Origin: Novakomyces olei
Taxonomy: Eukaryota
NCBI GenBank assembly: GCA_016906335.1
Contig: JADEYG010000007.1
Location: 124,001 to 188,000, forward strand
Length of the DNA: 64,000 nucleotides
Direction of reading: 5' to 3'
Notes under the pieces: generated by a model
Seen by the model: only the letters and a program-made list of their open reading frames with translations
Told to the model about the DNA's origin: nothing
Database searches by the model: none
Program-made: the position numbers and the translations under genes
Shown here: piece by piece, positions 32,530 to 44,393 of the stretch
Layout: every line of letters starts with the position of its first letter
Numbering within the stretch: position 1 is the first letter of the stretch

Positions 32530-33486
32530 TCACAGGATAGGCTCAGTATTGTTAATCTTTACGTTATACACCGATTGTTTTTTTGAATTTTTGTATTCAT
32601 GTTTTCTGCAATCTTTTGTCAAATGTCCATATATTCTGCAATTGTTACAGTATCTTGCGTTTTTCCCATTAGGATTCTTAAAGCAGTCATTTGTTTTGTG
32701 GCCATTCTTATCGCAGTAACCGCATTTGTTAACAGACTTTTTAGACTGTCTCTCAGCCTTATCGCTATATCCATTGTTTCCACTTTTGAAATTTTGATTT
32801 GATCTGTTGATATGATAGGTAGATTCTTCTCCTCGAACAGGAATATGGTGGGCTCCATTTCCGGAATAGGAAGTCTTATCCATTGTGTAATAAATTAGTT
32901 CATTATCGATAAGGTCAAGTAGATCAAATACGTGGGTCTCAGAATTAATAGTGGAGCTCACGTTGTGTCGGATTGTATTTGCAATGTCGCGAGGTATTGC
33001 AGAAAGTATGCCGCAATAGGCAAAGTAGGTGAGTTCCGTGTAGCCGAGTCGAACTAAATTTACGATTTGTTTTCTGTATTCCGTAATAAAGTTTTCCGGG
33101 TCTCCATTCCATAGTTTCGACGGATTCATAAATTTTGATACAATGGATTCGGTCACTTGATGCTTTCTTTTTTCGAATTCGGTGTCCAGTAGTTCAAATA
33201 GTTTTTGAGGGGTTTTGAGCCCTTCGATTCGGGGTCCAAGAAGATCCCCACTTATTGCTTCGACTAGTTCAGCCGTGACTATTAGTGTGCTCACATTCGA
33301 CACTGTAGTTGTGTCGACAGAATTGTCTAGCAGCGATGAAAGGCCATGTAATTCAAGTCTATTTTTGATTTTAATTCTCCACTCCAGATAGGAATGCCAA
33401 TCTTTCAATTGAGGGATGACTCCAAGAATAATAGTATTATTTCTGATGCTAGATGCCTGTCCGGGGGTGACATTGACATCAGCCAT
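32530..33486 (-). CDS. Element A gag with two CCHC zinc knuckles
   Basis: CGYCDKNGHKTNDC and CNNCRIYGHLTKDC; first ATG at 33486. Confidence 0.9.
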   Translation of the reverse strand: MADVNVTPGQASSIRNNTIILGVIPQLKDWHSYLEWRIKIKNRLELHGLSSLLDNSVDTTTVSNVSTLIVTAELVEAISGDLLGPRIEGLKTPQKLFELLDTEFEKRKHQVTESIVSKFMNPSKLWNGDPENFITEYRKQIVNLVRLGYTELTYFAYCGILSAIPRDIANTIRHNVSSTINSETHVFDLLDLIDNELIYYTMDKTSYSGNGAHHIPVRGEESTYHINRSNQNFKSGNNGYSDKAERQSKKSVNKCGYCDKNGHKTNDCFKNPNGKNARYCNNCRIYGHLTKDCRKHEYKNSKKQSVYNVKINNTEPIL

Positions 33487-33567
33487 TTGAGCTTTGAATA
33501 AGAGAAATAGTTTTATTAAAAGACAGCGAGCGGTATCTTGAGTTTGAAATTCAACAATCACCTTCCA

Positions 33568-33578
33568 GGCTCATAACC
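33568..33578 (-). promoter_or_regulatory. Element A PBS GGTTATGAGCC, half-tRNAiMet priming type (as in copia/Ty5)
   Basis: Immediately follows the 5' LTR terminal CA on the minus strand; matches the known Hemivirus-type PBS. Confidence 0.85.
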
Positions 33579-33793
33579 TGTTGAATATAGAAGGTTGGAA
33601 TTTGCTCTTATGGTAGATTAAATGAATTAGATACTCTAGATTGCTTCAGCTGAATCCCCCCCGAGGGTGTGAGGGTTCGCTTGAGCTATATATATGTAAC
33701 TATGTATTTTTGAGTGAGTATTCTGTAAAGCTAAAAGTCAAACAACTGACACTCATGGTTGAGTTGTCTTAGCCGGTCAGTGAGTCGGCGAGT

Positions 33794-33873
<80 letters not shown>

Positions 33874-33900
33874 AGGGGATAATAGATTCATATTTCAACA
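33579..33900 (-). repeat. Element A 5' LTR (322 bp) containing (TAT)26
   Basis: Direct repeat of 15866-16205 except for microsatellite length. Confidence 0.95.
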
Positions 33901-34203
33901 GAAACTCTATATTAAAAGCGTCGGTAACCGTAAAAAACTTCATGCAGCGATATCGATTTTAAGTTACATAATGACAACTCTAATCAATTAGTTATTTAAA
34001 TGTATTAAAACACAACAAACTGGGTAAGCGATTCTTTTCAGCCCAATCGGCTAATACACTGTTTTTCACTCGTCTAACCCCGAATGGATCGAAGAAGCTC
34101 GTTTGAGCAATTGGCTGGACGCTAACGTGCGATAATTGTCACAGCTCAGTTCGATTTTGAAAGAAGAGTTCTACTGATTTCGATTAGTTTTGAACTGACT
34201 TCA

Positions 34204-35703
34204 ATGAGCTCACCAGAGACCGAATCGCCTTCGCAATCGGCTGCGGAGTCGCCTACAAGTACGCGGCAAACCCACCAACCAGATACAAAACAGCCTGCAC
34301 ATTTACATGAGTTTGGGCATTTAGATCGGATTGTCCATGTCGATTTCGATGATCAGCCTCGTGCTTTCCAGCCTCCACGGTTCCATCAGTATATAAAAAA
34401 CGGACGTCTGCACCGGTCACGGTTTGAACGACCAGTAAACCAGTTTGAATTGTTTCTTGATCTTGTACTTGTTGGCGTCGTGCACACTCTTGCCGATGTG
34501 GCAGTAGAGGAGCAAACTGGCGCCGCCATTGCCAGGTTTGTTTTGACCTTCTGGGGCGCCTGGTCAATATGGACAGACTACCGTAACTTTGCTAATGTCA
34601 GTGGCATGGACGATATACCTCAGCGCGTGTACACTTTCTCGGTAATGGCGCTTTTGCTGGGCTACACATCAAACGCGACCGGTATCGAACTGGAGCAGGA
34701 GACTTTTCACGAAAACAGGGCTGCCCTGCGTGGAACATTAGGGTTTCTTCTTGTCGCTAAGTGTATTCGCTTCAGCATTTTTTTATGCTATGGGCTTTAT
34801 TTACGGGAGTTTCTAGTGAACCAGTTGACACTGGCCGCGAGAATGCTAACTGCTTCTATTTTCTACATTTGCGCAATGTTCACACCAACATTGAAGGATG
34901 CCGCTATCTTGGCGGGGGTCGGTGGGGCTATAGAAATCTTCACACCTTTGGCATTGGGTATTTTCGCCAGATCAATCATTCGTGAAGGTACTGAAGAAGA
35001 CGGACAGCAACAGCAACCGCAGAGACCTCGCCTTTTAAGGGGCACCGGCGCCATTACCGTTATTAATATTGAGCATCAGGCCGAGCGAAATGCTGCTTTT
35101 TACACAATTGTGCTCGGGGAAAGCGTGGCTAGTGTACTGTATAATGTGCATGAGTACAGGGAGGCAGCGGGTATAAACCAATTTTATGGTCGTGCAGTAT
35201 TAGTTCTCTTTGTGGCTTTTTGCTTTAATTGGATATATTTTACACGCGATTACCTTGTCGACAAAACTCATCCGATTCGACGTCATTGGCTCACTGCTTG
35301 GATCTATCAAAACGCACATTGGCCTCTGTGTGGCAGCCTTATTTTGTCGGCTGCAGGCGTCTCAAGACTTGTGACAAGAGAATCGGTTGAAGGTGGCATT
35401 AAGTGGTACTGGGGCGGTGGTGTTTCTGTAGCCCTCGTTTGTATTACTATAATCGACTTAATTTACAAGTGGGATTATATGAATGCTATTCGTTACGCTG
35501 TGCTGGTGACGCGCCTTTTTTTCCGTGTCGCTGTTGTAGTCATATCTTGTACTCTGCCCCTGGCTAGAGATTTGCTGAACCTCGATTTTATCGGCATTTA
35601 TGCGGCAATTTTTGTTTTCCTTGTAATCGAAGAAGTTTCGGGGAAACTTATCATCATGCGTGATGTTATGTCCAAGGGAGGCAGACATCACAACGAAGCT
35701 TGA
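34204..35703 (+). CDS. LtrA (low temperature requirement protein A)-family multi-pass membrane protein
   Basis: FELFLDLVLVG and H.AER...FYTIVLGESV motifs; many TM segments. Confidence 0.8.
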   Translation: MSSPETESPSQSAAESPTSTRQTHQPDTKQPAHLHEFGHLDRIVHVDFDDQPRAFQPPRFHQYIKNGRLHRSRFERPVNQFELFLDLVLVGVVHTLADVAVEEQTGAAIARFVLTFWGAWSIWTDYRNFANVSGMDDIPQRVYTFSVMALLLGYTSNATGIELEQETFHENRAALRGTLGFLLVAKCIRFSIFLCYGLYLREFLVNQLTLAARMLTASIFYICAMFTPTLKDAAILAGVGGAIEIFTPLALGIFARSIIREGTEEDGQQQQPQRPRLLRGTGAITVINIEHQAERNAAFYTIVLGESVASVLYNVHEYREAAGINQFYGRAVLVLFVAFCFNWIYFTRDYLVDKTHPIRRHWLTAWIYQNAHWPLCGSLILSAAGVSRLVTRESVEGGIKWYWGGGVSVALVCITIIDLIYKWDYMNAIRYAVLVTRLFFRVAVVVISCTLPLARDLLNLDFIGIYAAIFVFLVIEEVSGKLIIMRDVMSKGGRHHNEA

Positions 35704-36316
35704 CGGGATTTTACTTTTCTAAGTCTGTAAATAGATTTGTAATAAATAATGTATGTTTACGCTCTATTTCTATGCTCGAGCTGTTACTTATCTGTCTTGA
35801 CTGTGCTATATCCACAAATCAATTGGATTAAAAAATACAAGCAAAATGTAAAATTAAACTAGCCATTTACTGGCAATAAATACTCTGAAATTGAAATATC
35901 TTGAAGAGCGTCAAATATTGAATGCATAAGCCTTTGCTATTTAGGGATTCGATTATTGGCAAAAGACCAGATACTTTTATAGTCTTCACTTGCCTGATTA
36001 GTTATAGCCTCGCGATAATTGGTGCTTCTAATTGGCCAAGACGCTCAAAACAAGCAATCATTGTGATTGCGAATGTATTTTTTTTTGCTAAACAGCAGCG
36101 AGACTGAAATTGATGAGGTAAGATAATGAGGAGACCAAAAACTTGAATACTCTACCCCAAAATGCAACGCAATGAGACTAGAAGCATTTAAAGCATTGTG
36201 AAGATAATTGTACAATTACTACATCAAACATTTTATAATGTCACGTCAAAGACAAAGCTTCCGAGACTGAAAACCCCTGAAATCCATGGCTCTTGTTCCA
36301 AAACCGAGTCATCCCA

Positions 36317-36526
36317 TCATAAAGGAAACAGCGCAAGAATATGAATAAATAAATTTTTTAACGCAAGGAAAATCATTGTGATAAGTCCAATAGCGACGAA
36401 AAGTACCGTTGACCGTTCAACAGCAGTCATAAGATCTAGGGCGAAAGTGACCTCAAATCGATAATATAAAATCCGGAAAATGTTTGATTCTGCATTGCAT
36501 TCAATGCATCGCGGACTGCCCCGCAT
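36317..36526 (-). CDS. Possible small subunit of serine palmitoyltransferase (SPT_ssu/Tsc3-like)
   Basis: YYRFEVTFALDLMTAVER followed by one TM helix resembles the recalled YqYEvTf.lymL.p.E family pattern. Confidence 0.5.
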   Translation of the reverse strand: MRGSPRCIECNAESNIFRILYYRFEVTFALDLMTAVERSTVLFVAIGLITMIFLALKNLFIHILALFPL

Positions 36527-37902
36527 AGTCAAAAAACTGAGACTCAGACTTTTCCGCCGATTCTCAAATCTTCTCTTTACTCGCTTGCTGGCTTTGATTC
36601 AGTGCGTACGCGCAGATACTCCCTTGGCCCTTTTGGTTTTTATCAGCCCTCAGCTTTACAATAGCAGAAGAACTCTTATAATCAAATTTACAAGCGATAA
36701 AAGCACGTAAAGTAAAACCTCCTCCAATACTAAAGAATTGGCAAGCAGAATAGATTGCGCCGTGTTGCCAACTCGTGCGCCAGGAAATTAAGAATTCAAT
36801 CTGCTCTAACTCTAAATGTTTGTTTATTTGTACCGGTCGGGACCAGATCCGATCGGGAATAAGATCCGGTAGAACGCGTTGGATTACTTTACGTGAATAT
36901 GTTTGAGGACGTGCAAGACATGATTTTTTGTTAAATTGTCGATACTATAATTGAGACAAGATTAATGATTTTGGATTGTAAGTATTAGTTGGATAGCGTC
37001 AGTCGTCGTTTACCGTAAATAGCTGCTGGTAAATTGGCCATTGCAGATATTGACTTGGGCTTTCTGCGGCTAAATTTTCGACGCATAAATGATTAATGGA
37101 CTTTATTTGCTCTACTACTTTAGAGTATTATGATGCATGTTACAACACTACTCCCATTCAATAAACTAAAGCAGCAGATCTTGGCTAGTAAATCCATGAC
37201 ATAACGTGCAGAAAAGTTTCAATCAGAAGTTCGACCAAAATTTTGTCTCAAAGCCGCTGGTTATAGAGTTTGTACAGTTCTGATGACGATCTAATGTTGC
37301 TTTGTCGTGCATTTTGATAGCCCGTGAACATAGAGTGGAACATTTATTATTCAGCAAGATGCTGAGTGTGTTTTTCACTGCTTTTGCGTATATTTATTTA
37401 CAATTTAACTCAATAACTGTTACTATGGACATATGAGAGCGGCCTCCAAGTCGCCGTATCAAATACTCGTATGAAAACAATCAGCGATCCTGCTTTCCAA
37501 GAGAGACCACGAAAGCTCTGATATATATTAAAAAGAAAATTACCGAATCTGTAACACACGGTAGAACAAATATTTTTGGGATATTTATATAGATCTTCGT
37601 TTACATTGGACGTCTTATCGTAGAAATAATCCTGTTTTACCATTACTTCACAATCTCCAACCTAGACAAGTGACGTACGTGTTCATTCATACAAGCAAAA
37701 ATAAAAAGTGAAGCTTCAGCAATAGAATTCAGCTGTGTGTACATAATTCACAAAAAGCAGTGTAATTCGGGCCTTTATCGAATCGATACCAACCATAGAT
37801 TTTCAGGCGATTTGGAGCAATGATTCGGTGAGCATTTCGTCGATTGACCGAATTTGAAAAAAGCGGCTTCAAGAGATTATTGGTGGTGTCGCTACCGACA
37901 TT

Positions 37903-38739
37903 ATGAATGATCTTGAATATACAGAGCCAGCGCCGGACGACGGTAAAACTGATCACTCTTCCGACCGTAGAATTCCTCAACGATCAGTGCTGTACGCGGC
38001 ACTGATTCCACCAATAACAATGGTGTTGGGAGGCTTACACGGACAGTCAGTCAGCCCGGAACTTTCTTATTTCTCGGAAAAGCGTAACATATTCAATATT
38101 GTTTTTGTCAAACACGGATGGTTGCTGCTCTCGTGCTTATGGATATATCATGCTCTAAGTCTGAGACGTACACAGGCAATACAGCAGTGTCTTATACGCT
38201 ACGGCTTGGCTACTTTTTGGTGGATTGTTATAACTCAATGGGCTGCTGGCGCACCAATTATGGACCGTGCTTTTATCCTTACGGGTGGTACTTGCGAGGG
38301 TGACGCAAGCCATTACGGTATTGTGACGTCTTCTGCTTGCCGTGTGGCCAAGGGATCTTGGCGCGGAGGTCATGATCTGTCGGGGCACGTTTTTATGATT
38401 GCGCACGGCGGCATCTCGCTGTTTTTTGAAATATTTCCCGACCTTGCTGCATATTATAAATTTCCCCATATTAAGGTATGGAATATAGTATAGCTGTGTG
38501 AACTAACGGCAGATCACATTAAGTTTTCTTTTGATATGGTGGTTCATGCTCCTCATGACTGCTGCGTTCTTTCACACTTTCTTCGAAAAGGTAGTTCATC
38601 GTATCATGCGCCTTTTGACTAACTGTGCATTTAGCTCAGCGGTTTATTGCTCTCGTATGTTATGTGGATTTACGTGTATGCTTTTGCTCCTGAACTAGGA
38701 CCTGCTTGGATTGGACGACCAGACGAGTCCCGGTTATGA
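37903..38739 (+). CDS. SCS3: FIT-family acyl-CoA diphosphatase (Scs3/Yft2-like); introns ~38476-38512 and 38591-38634
   Basis: KRNIFNIVFVKHGW, GGHDLSGHVF and WWFMLLMTAAFFHTFFEK motifs. Confidence 0.8.
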
Positions 38740-39142
38740 TCGTCGATATGGGCAGTCCAGTATGAATTTCATGCTGTGTGCTTGATAAATTTTATTGTCT
38801 TTTGTGCCAAGCAGGTTTCATCTTTGAAAAAAAGCATTTCCTTTTTACACGTCTCCTCAGAGCACAATACCTTCGAAAATGTTTCTGTTGAATATTTAGA
38901 AGAAAACAACAGCAAGTAGCCTTTGCCTTCTCAACTTTGTTGAATAAAATTGAGAAAGCAAAAATATGTTACCCAAGTCTCTATTTTCATGTTTATTGTT
39001 CCGCTTATCTTTTTGCAAATTAAAAGTCTACGACTGAACCTGATTTCACGTAGGCAAATAGCATACTTGCAGGTAATGACATCCATGTTCTTTCTACCGT
39101 CCGATTATTTCACAATTAATCAAATTTGGCTTCTTCTTCATC

Positions 39143-40335
39143 CTATTTATCTCCCAAAACATCTTTCATTGAAGCCTCTGCGCTTCCGCGTTTTAATGGT
39201 TTTTGTTGATTTGGTCCCGGTTTCCAAGCGATCTATGGGAAATAAGTAAGATTAATGCAAGCAACTTCATCTTACCAAGTATATAATATTAAACGTGGCC
39301 GGAATTGTACCGTCAGCGTTGCCATGCAAAGAGCGATAAATCGCTTGGGCTGCCGCCATAGTGTCTCTTGACAAAAAATGATGTCGTGTATATACAGCAT
39401 TGCTTTCTCCCATAGAGCGCAAATCGTCCATTAAACAAAACATGTCTGGATAATCGACAGTGACGTCTTCCACGTCTATCGTCGTTAGAGTAAATCCTGT
39501 CCGCTGAAGTAGACTCGCGACATCTCGGGTTTCTACAGTTAGATGACGAGATACAATGGTATGGTGGAAGATGATGTCTCAAATCACAAAACAGACCAAA
39601 AAAGAGCGAATAAGTGCTTACCAATCATGGGCGAGATTCGCGGACTCATACCCCCGAGTCTCTCCATTTCGGCCAATTGTAAGCTCGTCCGTAATTCGAA
39701 TAAAGTGTCGCCGCCAAACATTGAAGCCATAAACAGCCCGTCCGGCAAAAGCGCGGTATTTATTTGTTTAAGTGCAGAGGGCAGTTCGTTAACCCAATGT
39801 AGGTTCAAGTTGGACACAAATGCAGAGACTGATTCTGGAGGAAAGGGTAAATTTTCCTCGTCTATAAATTTCCGCTCTATTGACATTGCGCTAGAATCGC
39901 TAAGGGATCGCAATAGCCTTTGCTCTGATAAATCACCCTCTATTATATGCTTTATGCGATGTGCTAATGGCTCCGGCTCATTCGGTCTGGGCTCCATAAT
40001 AGCGCGGGCCATATGGCCCGCGCCGCTGCCTAAATCAACCATATTATCAAACGACCGTTTGATGAACTGTGTATTTAGCTAAAATCCAGCAATACCATAT
40101 TTAAAAGGCTTTTAAAAAGAAGCCTTATGTGACGTCTTACGTATAACCTGTCGACAAGACGACGAGCTACTTCGTCTCGAATGTACCCAGTTTCGTCATT
40201 GTCCCCGTTTGCGAGAGCAGCACGATCCCGTTGCCGCTGTTTTGCGTGGCGATTAAAGACTTTTGTCGTTGAGGCAGTCGTTGCCATTGGCCGAACAAAA
40301 GGCGCACTGAATGCGCGCCTCATCGCGCAAGACAT
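39143..40335 (-). CDS. NDUFAF5: NDUFAF5-like complex I assembly factor (SAM-methyltransferase fold), four exons
   Basis: VFNRHAKQRQRDRAA, DLGSGAGH, LHWVN, GGDTLFELRTSLQLAE, DLRSMGESNA and PATF motifs. Confidence 0.88.
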
Positions 40336-41146
40336 GGCGTTTAACGTGAGCATTGCGATATGAGCAAGTCCAGTATGTAGTGATTCTCGCAGCAATTATT
40401 GATATTACGTATTTATTATTATGGATTACAGGTATAATAAAGCGTGTGTCAACTAGTTATCGCGCTCTATGAGTATTTAGAAAAGACCGCCACTAAATTT
40501 GATAATAGCAATATAAATACAAAGACGTTATTAAGGGCGCCGTAACAAATACTCAAAAAATGAATTAATGAATAAATGGGCGGAAGGCCACTTTTTTATA
40601 GCCTTCGGGACAAGAATAAAGACGAGGGGAACGAGGACAAGAGCAAAAGAATAAAAATATTACCCTTTTAGGAAACTACTTCTCCAACAATGATCAGGGA
40701 TCCTATAATCTTGCAGTGCTGTGTCTCTAGAGATACTTTGCAATTATAATACGCAAAGGAGGCCGCTACACGTTGTTAGACCCGCGTCGGCTGCTGTAGA
40801 CGAGAGCGATATATGCTATGTTAGGATTGGTTTTTACCTGAACGTATAACGGTATATATGGCCTCATAATATATCTAAAGTCAGTTTTCCCTGTGTATAT
40901 TCATCGACCTTTCCAACAAAAGTATGATCTTTTGATTTAAATGTTTTAGTGTCCAATGTAAACATCGATTCATCGATCCATTAAGTCGTAGACTTACCCA
41001 AAAAGCTGTTCCTAAATTAATCGACTATTATTATAGCGGCAGGCTTGTTACTTGATAACCCACAAAAATGGTCTAGTTCAATTTTTACAGCAAATGATGG
41101 CGATAAGGCGTATCTCACGTCGCGGTGAGTAAACATTCAATCTCGC

Positions 41147-41724
41147 ATGGAAGACCTGTTTGACGCGGGGCTGTTGGATCCTAATGGCACTGTGCTGCCG
41201 TCGGGTCTTTCACTAAGACCATTACGGCGGTCTGATATTTCTCTTGGTAAGTAGACGCAGGCCTAAGGGGTCTAATGCCCAAGGCTACCTCACATTATTA
41301 GCGGGTTTGGCACCGTCTCCACCGCTTCCAATCACGCACTATTACGAGCAATTCGATATATTAAAAAGCGCTGGGCTCACTTTTACTATAGTGGTTACTG
41401 CGGAGGACGCAACGGTAAGGAAACTCGTTATGTATTGCTTCTCGTGCTGACCCTCAACAGATCGCTACAGCTTCTCTGCTTTTGGAGCGTAAACTATTAC
41501 GTGCATGTGCTTTAGCCGGCCACATTGAGGACGTTGTTATTAGTCCAGATTACCAGTCAAGGGGATTAGGCCGTGTTCTTATAAATACCTTAATAACGTT
41601 GGCACGGCGGCTTGGATGCTACAAGATTATTCTAGACTGTGCGGATTCGAATCAAGGATTCTATGAAAAGTGTGGATTTTCACGCAAAGGTGTGGAGATG
41701 AAATTGATGTTGTCTGGACGGTGA
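41147..41724 (+). CDS. GNA1: Glucosamine-6-phosphate N-acetyltransferase (GNAT), two introns
   Basis: LRPL, ERKLL, GHIEDVV, GCYKIILDC and FYEKCGF motifs. Confidence 0.85.
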
Positions 41725-41934
41725 TAGCTGTACTCTAATACGAAAGCCAAGAATATAGTCAATCCAAACATGACGTTAAATGACATAGAAATAAAATCAA
41801 ACAGATCATAATTCAAGCCTTAACCCGTACAGGCTGTACCAAAAGATCGGACCTACGCATACAAACTATGTTTTGTGGCTTTTAGGTGCTTTTAATGTGT
41901 AATGATATCGATTTAATTTTTCTACAACAGTCGC

Positions 41935-42873
41935 TTACTCGGCTTGCTGCAGGGTGGCCAACTTGTCTGCCAAGCGCTCGCGGCGCTCCGCCAAAGTGAG
42001 TTTCTTGGTGCGGTATTTTTTGCTCTCGGCAGCGTACTCTGCTTTGCTCTTCTTCGACTCCTTAGCCTCGCGATCAGGGTTCTCCCGGATCTGTGAATGT
42101 GCCTCAGAATAAATGTCCTCCAACTGATCAGACTCGATTCCTTCCGAGATGAGACCAGCAAACTGCTTCTTGTAGCGCTCCTCATCATCATCCAACAGCA
42201 TCTCCATATATTCAGCTACATGGCCGCCAAAGATATACTTGCGTAAAACTTCAGCATCCAATTCCTCCGTCTCGATATCGTAGCCGGGATATCGTTTAGC
42301 GCTGTGTGGAACAAAGAGGCCACCATCTGAAGCGCCTTTTAGAGCACCGAATACACGTGAGCCAGTGGAAGTTCTCTTGAGACCAACATCAAGGAAAACC
42401 TTGAATGGACGAGGTCCATCCTCATCAGCCGGCTCGGTCAGAGTAAATTCACCATCTGCTTCCTCGACACCTTGATACTTCTCGTCGAGTCCAAGCTTCT
42501 TGAGAGCACGGCGAGCCACGAGCAAACCGACAGCATAGGCAGCCGCCCAGTTAGTGAGGCCGTACTGGATGCCGAAGCGAGGCAATTCGTGAGCGTAGGC
42601 CGATTCAAAGACGACATCGCCTTCGATTTTGGAAGATACAATCTGGGCGATTATGTCGCGGTTCGTGAAACGGACGACCAGGCGGTACTTTGGTGCATTG
42701 TACTTGTTCTTGGCCTGAGTAATCAAACGCTTGCGTTGATAGTAATCGGTCTTGCCCTCACGGCGACGACGATATTTAGTTTGGAAGCGCGAGAAATACG
42801 CGTTGCTCTTCTGCTGCTTTGTGAACGGCTATTTTTGTTAGTCATTCGTTGCTTATGAACGGAGTCGTACCAT
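41935..42873 (-). CDS. RPL5: 60S ribosomal protein L5 (uL18); intron 42829-42870 directly after the ATG
   Basis: RRRREGKTDY, KYRLVVRFTN, GLTNWAAAY and GALKGASDGG motifs. Confidence 0.97.
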
Positions 42874-42946
42874 ATTTGCTATTGTATTGCGTTACAGGAC
42901 CTCAGTGTCGAGCTTGTGTGTGTATGTGTTGTGTGTACGCCATCGC

Positions 42947-42970
42947 TGTGACTGTATAGTACCCTACCCT
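42947..42970 (-). promoter_or_regulatory. HomolE (AGGGTAGGGT) and HomolD (CAGTCACA) ribosomal-protein promoter elements
   Basis: Exact matches: plus-strand TGTGACTG at 42947-42954 and ACCCTACCCT at 42961-42970, ~75-100 nt upstream of the RPL5 ATG. Confidence 0.88.
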
Positions 42971-43534
42971 AATCATGTCGCTGGAATCCCATTCTTTTAT
43001 TTCCAAGTATACTATTAAGCAGCATTGCGTATTAGAGCATAGTACCAATTTTGATAAGCAATATTGTTGAGTATAATTTGGTTATTACATTGCTACATTT
43101 CTTGATTGTGTAATATATTAAAACAATTTTATGGTCAATATAATGTTCTTACTATTGTCCGGAGAGACGCGAGCGCCTGAGTGACGCGTGCACGTCAGTT
43201 CGTTGGAGACCGTCAAATTATTTAATAACTAATGGCATCAAGTCGTTTCTTCATGGTTTAAATGCCGCGTTTAATAGACATAAATTGCATATACAAACTA
43301 TCGTGCTAGAGACACGCAAACTTGCAAAAGGCTTTCTGTGGATGGAAAATTGCTTGCTAGCTAGTATATATATATATACGACTCGTTGCCGGAAAGCCAA
43401 TCGTTGACAAGACGAGCTCAATGTCGCTACAAAATAAGATGCTACGACGAATAATAAAGCCCTAGTTTACCAAAAAAAAAAAAGAAATCAATAAGTTCTA
43501 TATACAGATTTGGGTATCACATTAAATCACAGTG

Positions 43535-44393
43535 CTAGCGGCGGAGTTTACCCCTTACAGGCTTGCCAAGTCCTGCTTTGCCCTTAGCTCCTTTACCCTT
43601 GGCTCCGTTACCCTTATACCGACCCCAGATGTCTTCCTCGTCATACCGGAATTTTTTATTTGGCTTCTTGCGCGCATTTTTTGCATTTGTCCCATCCTCT
43701 CCGTCTGCATTCTCCCGATCCTGTCCTGCGCCCTTCTGTTGCGATTGCGTTTGAAAAGCATCTGCCGTATCATCGTCATCAGACTCCGGATAAGTAATAG
43801 TTACAGTAGTTTCAGCTTCTTCCGTATCGTATCGTACTTCTCCAATACCCTCCTCGTTATTATCCTTGGTGTCGCTGGCGAGTAAATCCTCAACTCCTTT
43901 CCATTTAGTAATCAGAGGGATGCAGGATAGCAGTCAAATTCAAGACAAAACGGTTTAGCCATTGAAAAATGAAACGAAACAAAAAAACACGATCCCTAGA
44001 ACATGAACGCTGGCAAGAGAGATTTTACAATGAATAATAGGGAATTGAAGAGTGGCTAAAACAAGATAAAAAAATAAAAACTGGAAAATAATGACGACCC
44101 AGTTTGAATACAAAGCACAATTATCTATTACCATTCGAAGCCAGACGCTCCTCTAAAAGACGCTTGTTTTCTTCACGCAGAGCTCGACGCTTCTCCTGTC
44201 GCACCTTTTTCTCCATCGCTTCACGTTCTTGTAACGCACGCTTACGCCGCTCATTTTTGCGGCGATGAAACCCAGTTAAATAATCTGTTCGCGCACTGGC
44301 ATCAAATACAATTTCTTCCGGACGAGCAGAGCGACGAGCTTTCTTGTCCGCATACCGTTTGTAGCCCTGTTGGAGCCGCGACTTGTTATCCAT
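43535..44393 (-). CDS. RRP17: Rrp17/Nop25 (NOL12)-family nucleolar protein, one intron (~43905-44130)
   Basis: EIVFD..AR.DYLTGFHRRK.ERR, TTVTI and KKFRY motifs. Confidence 0.8.

Larger units (their letters stand above)
15866..33900 (-). mobile_element. Element A: full-length Ty1/copia LTR retrotransposon, interrupted by element B
   Basis: TGTTGAA...TTCAACA LTRs; TSD GAAAC at 15861-15865 and 33901-33905; domain order gag-PR-IN-RT-RH. Confidence 0.96.

Noticed and set aside
34204-35703. LtrA gene as a recent bacterial horizontal transfer
   Set aside because: LtrA-family homologues are, to my knowledge, common in fungi, and being intronless is not sufficient evidence; a phylogeny would be needed
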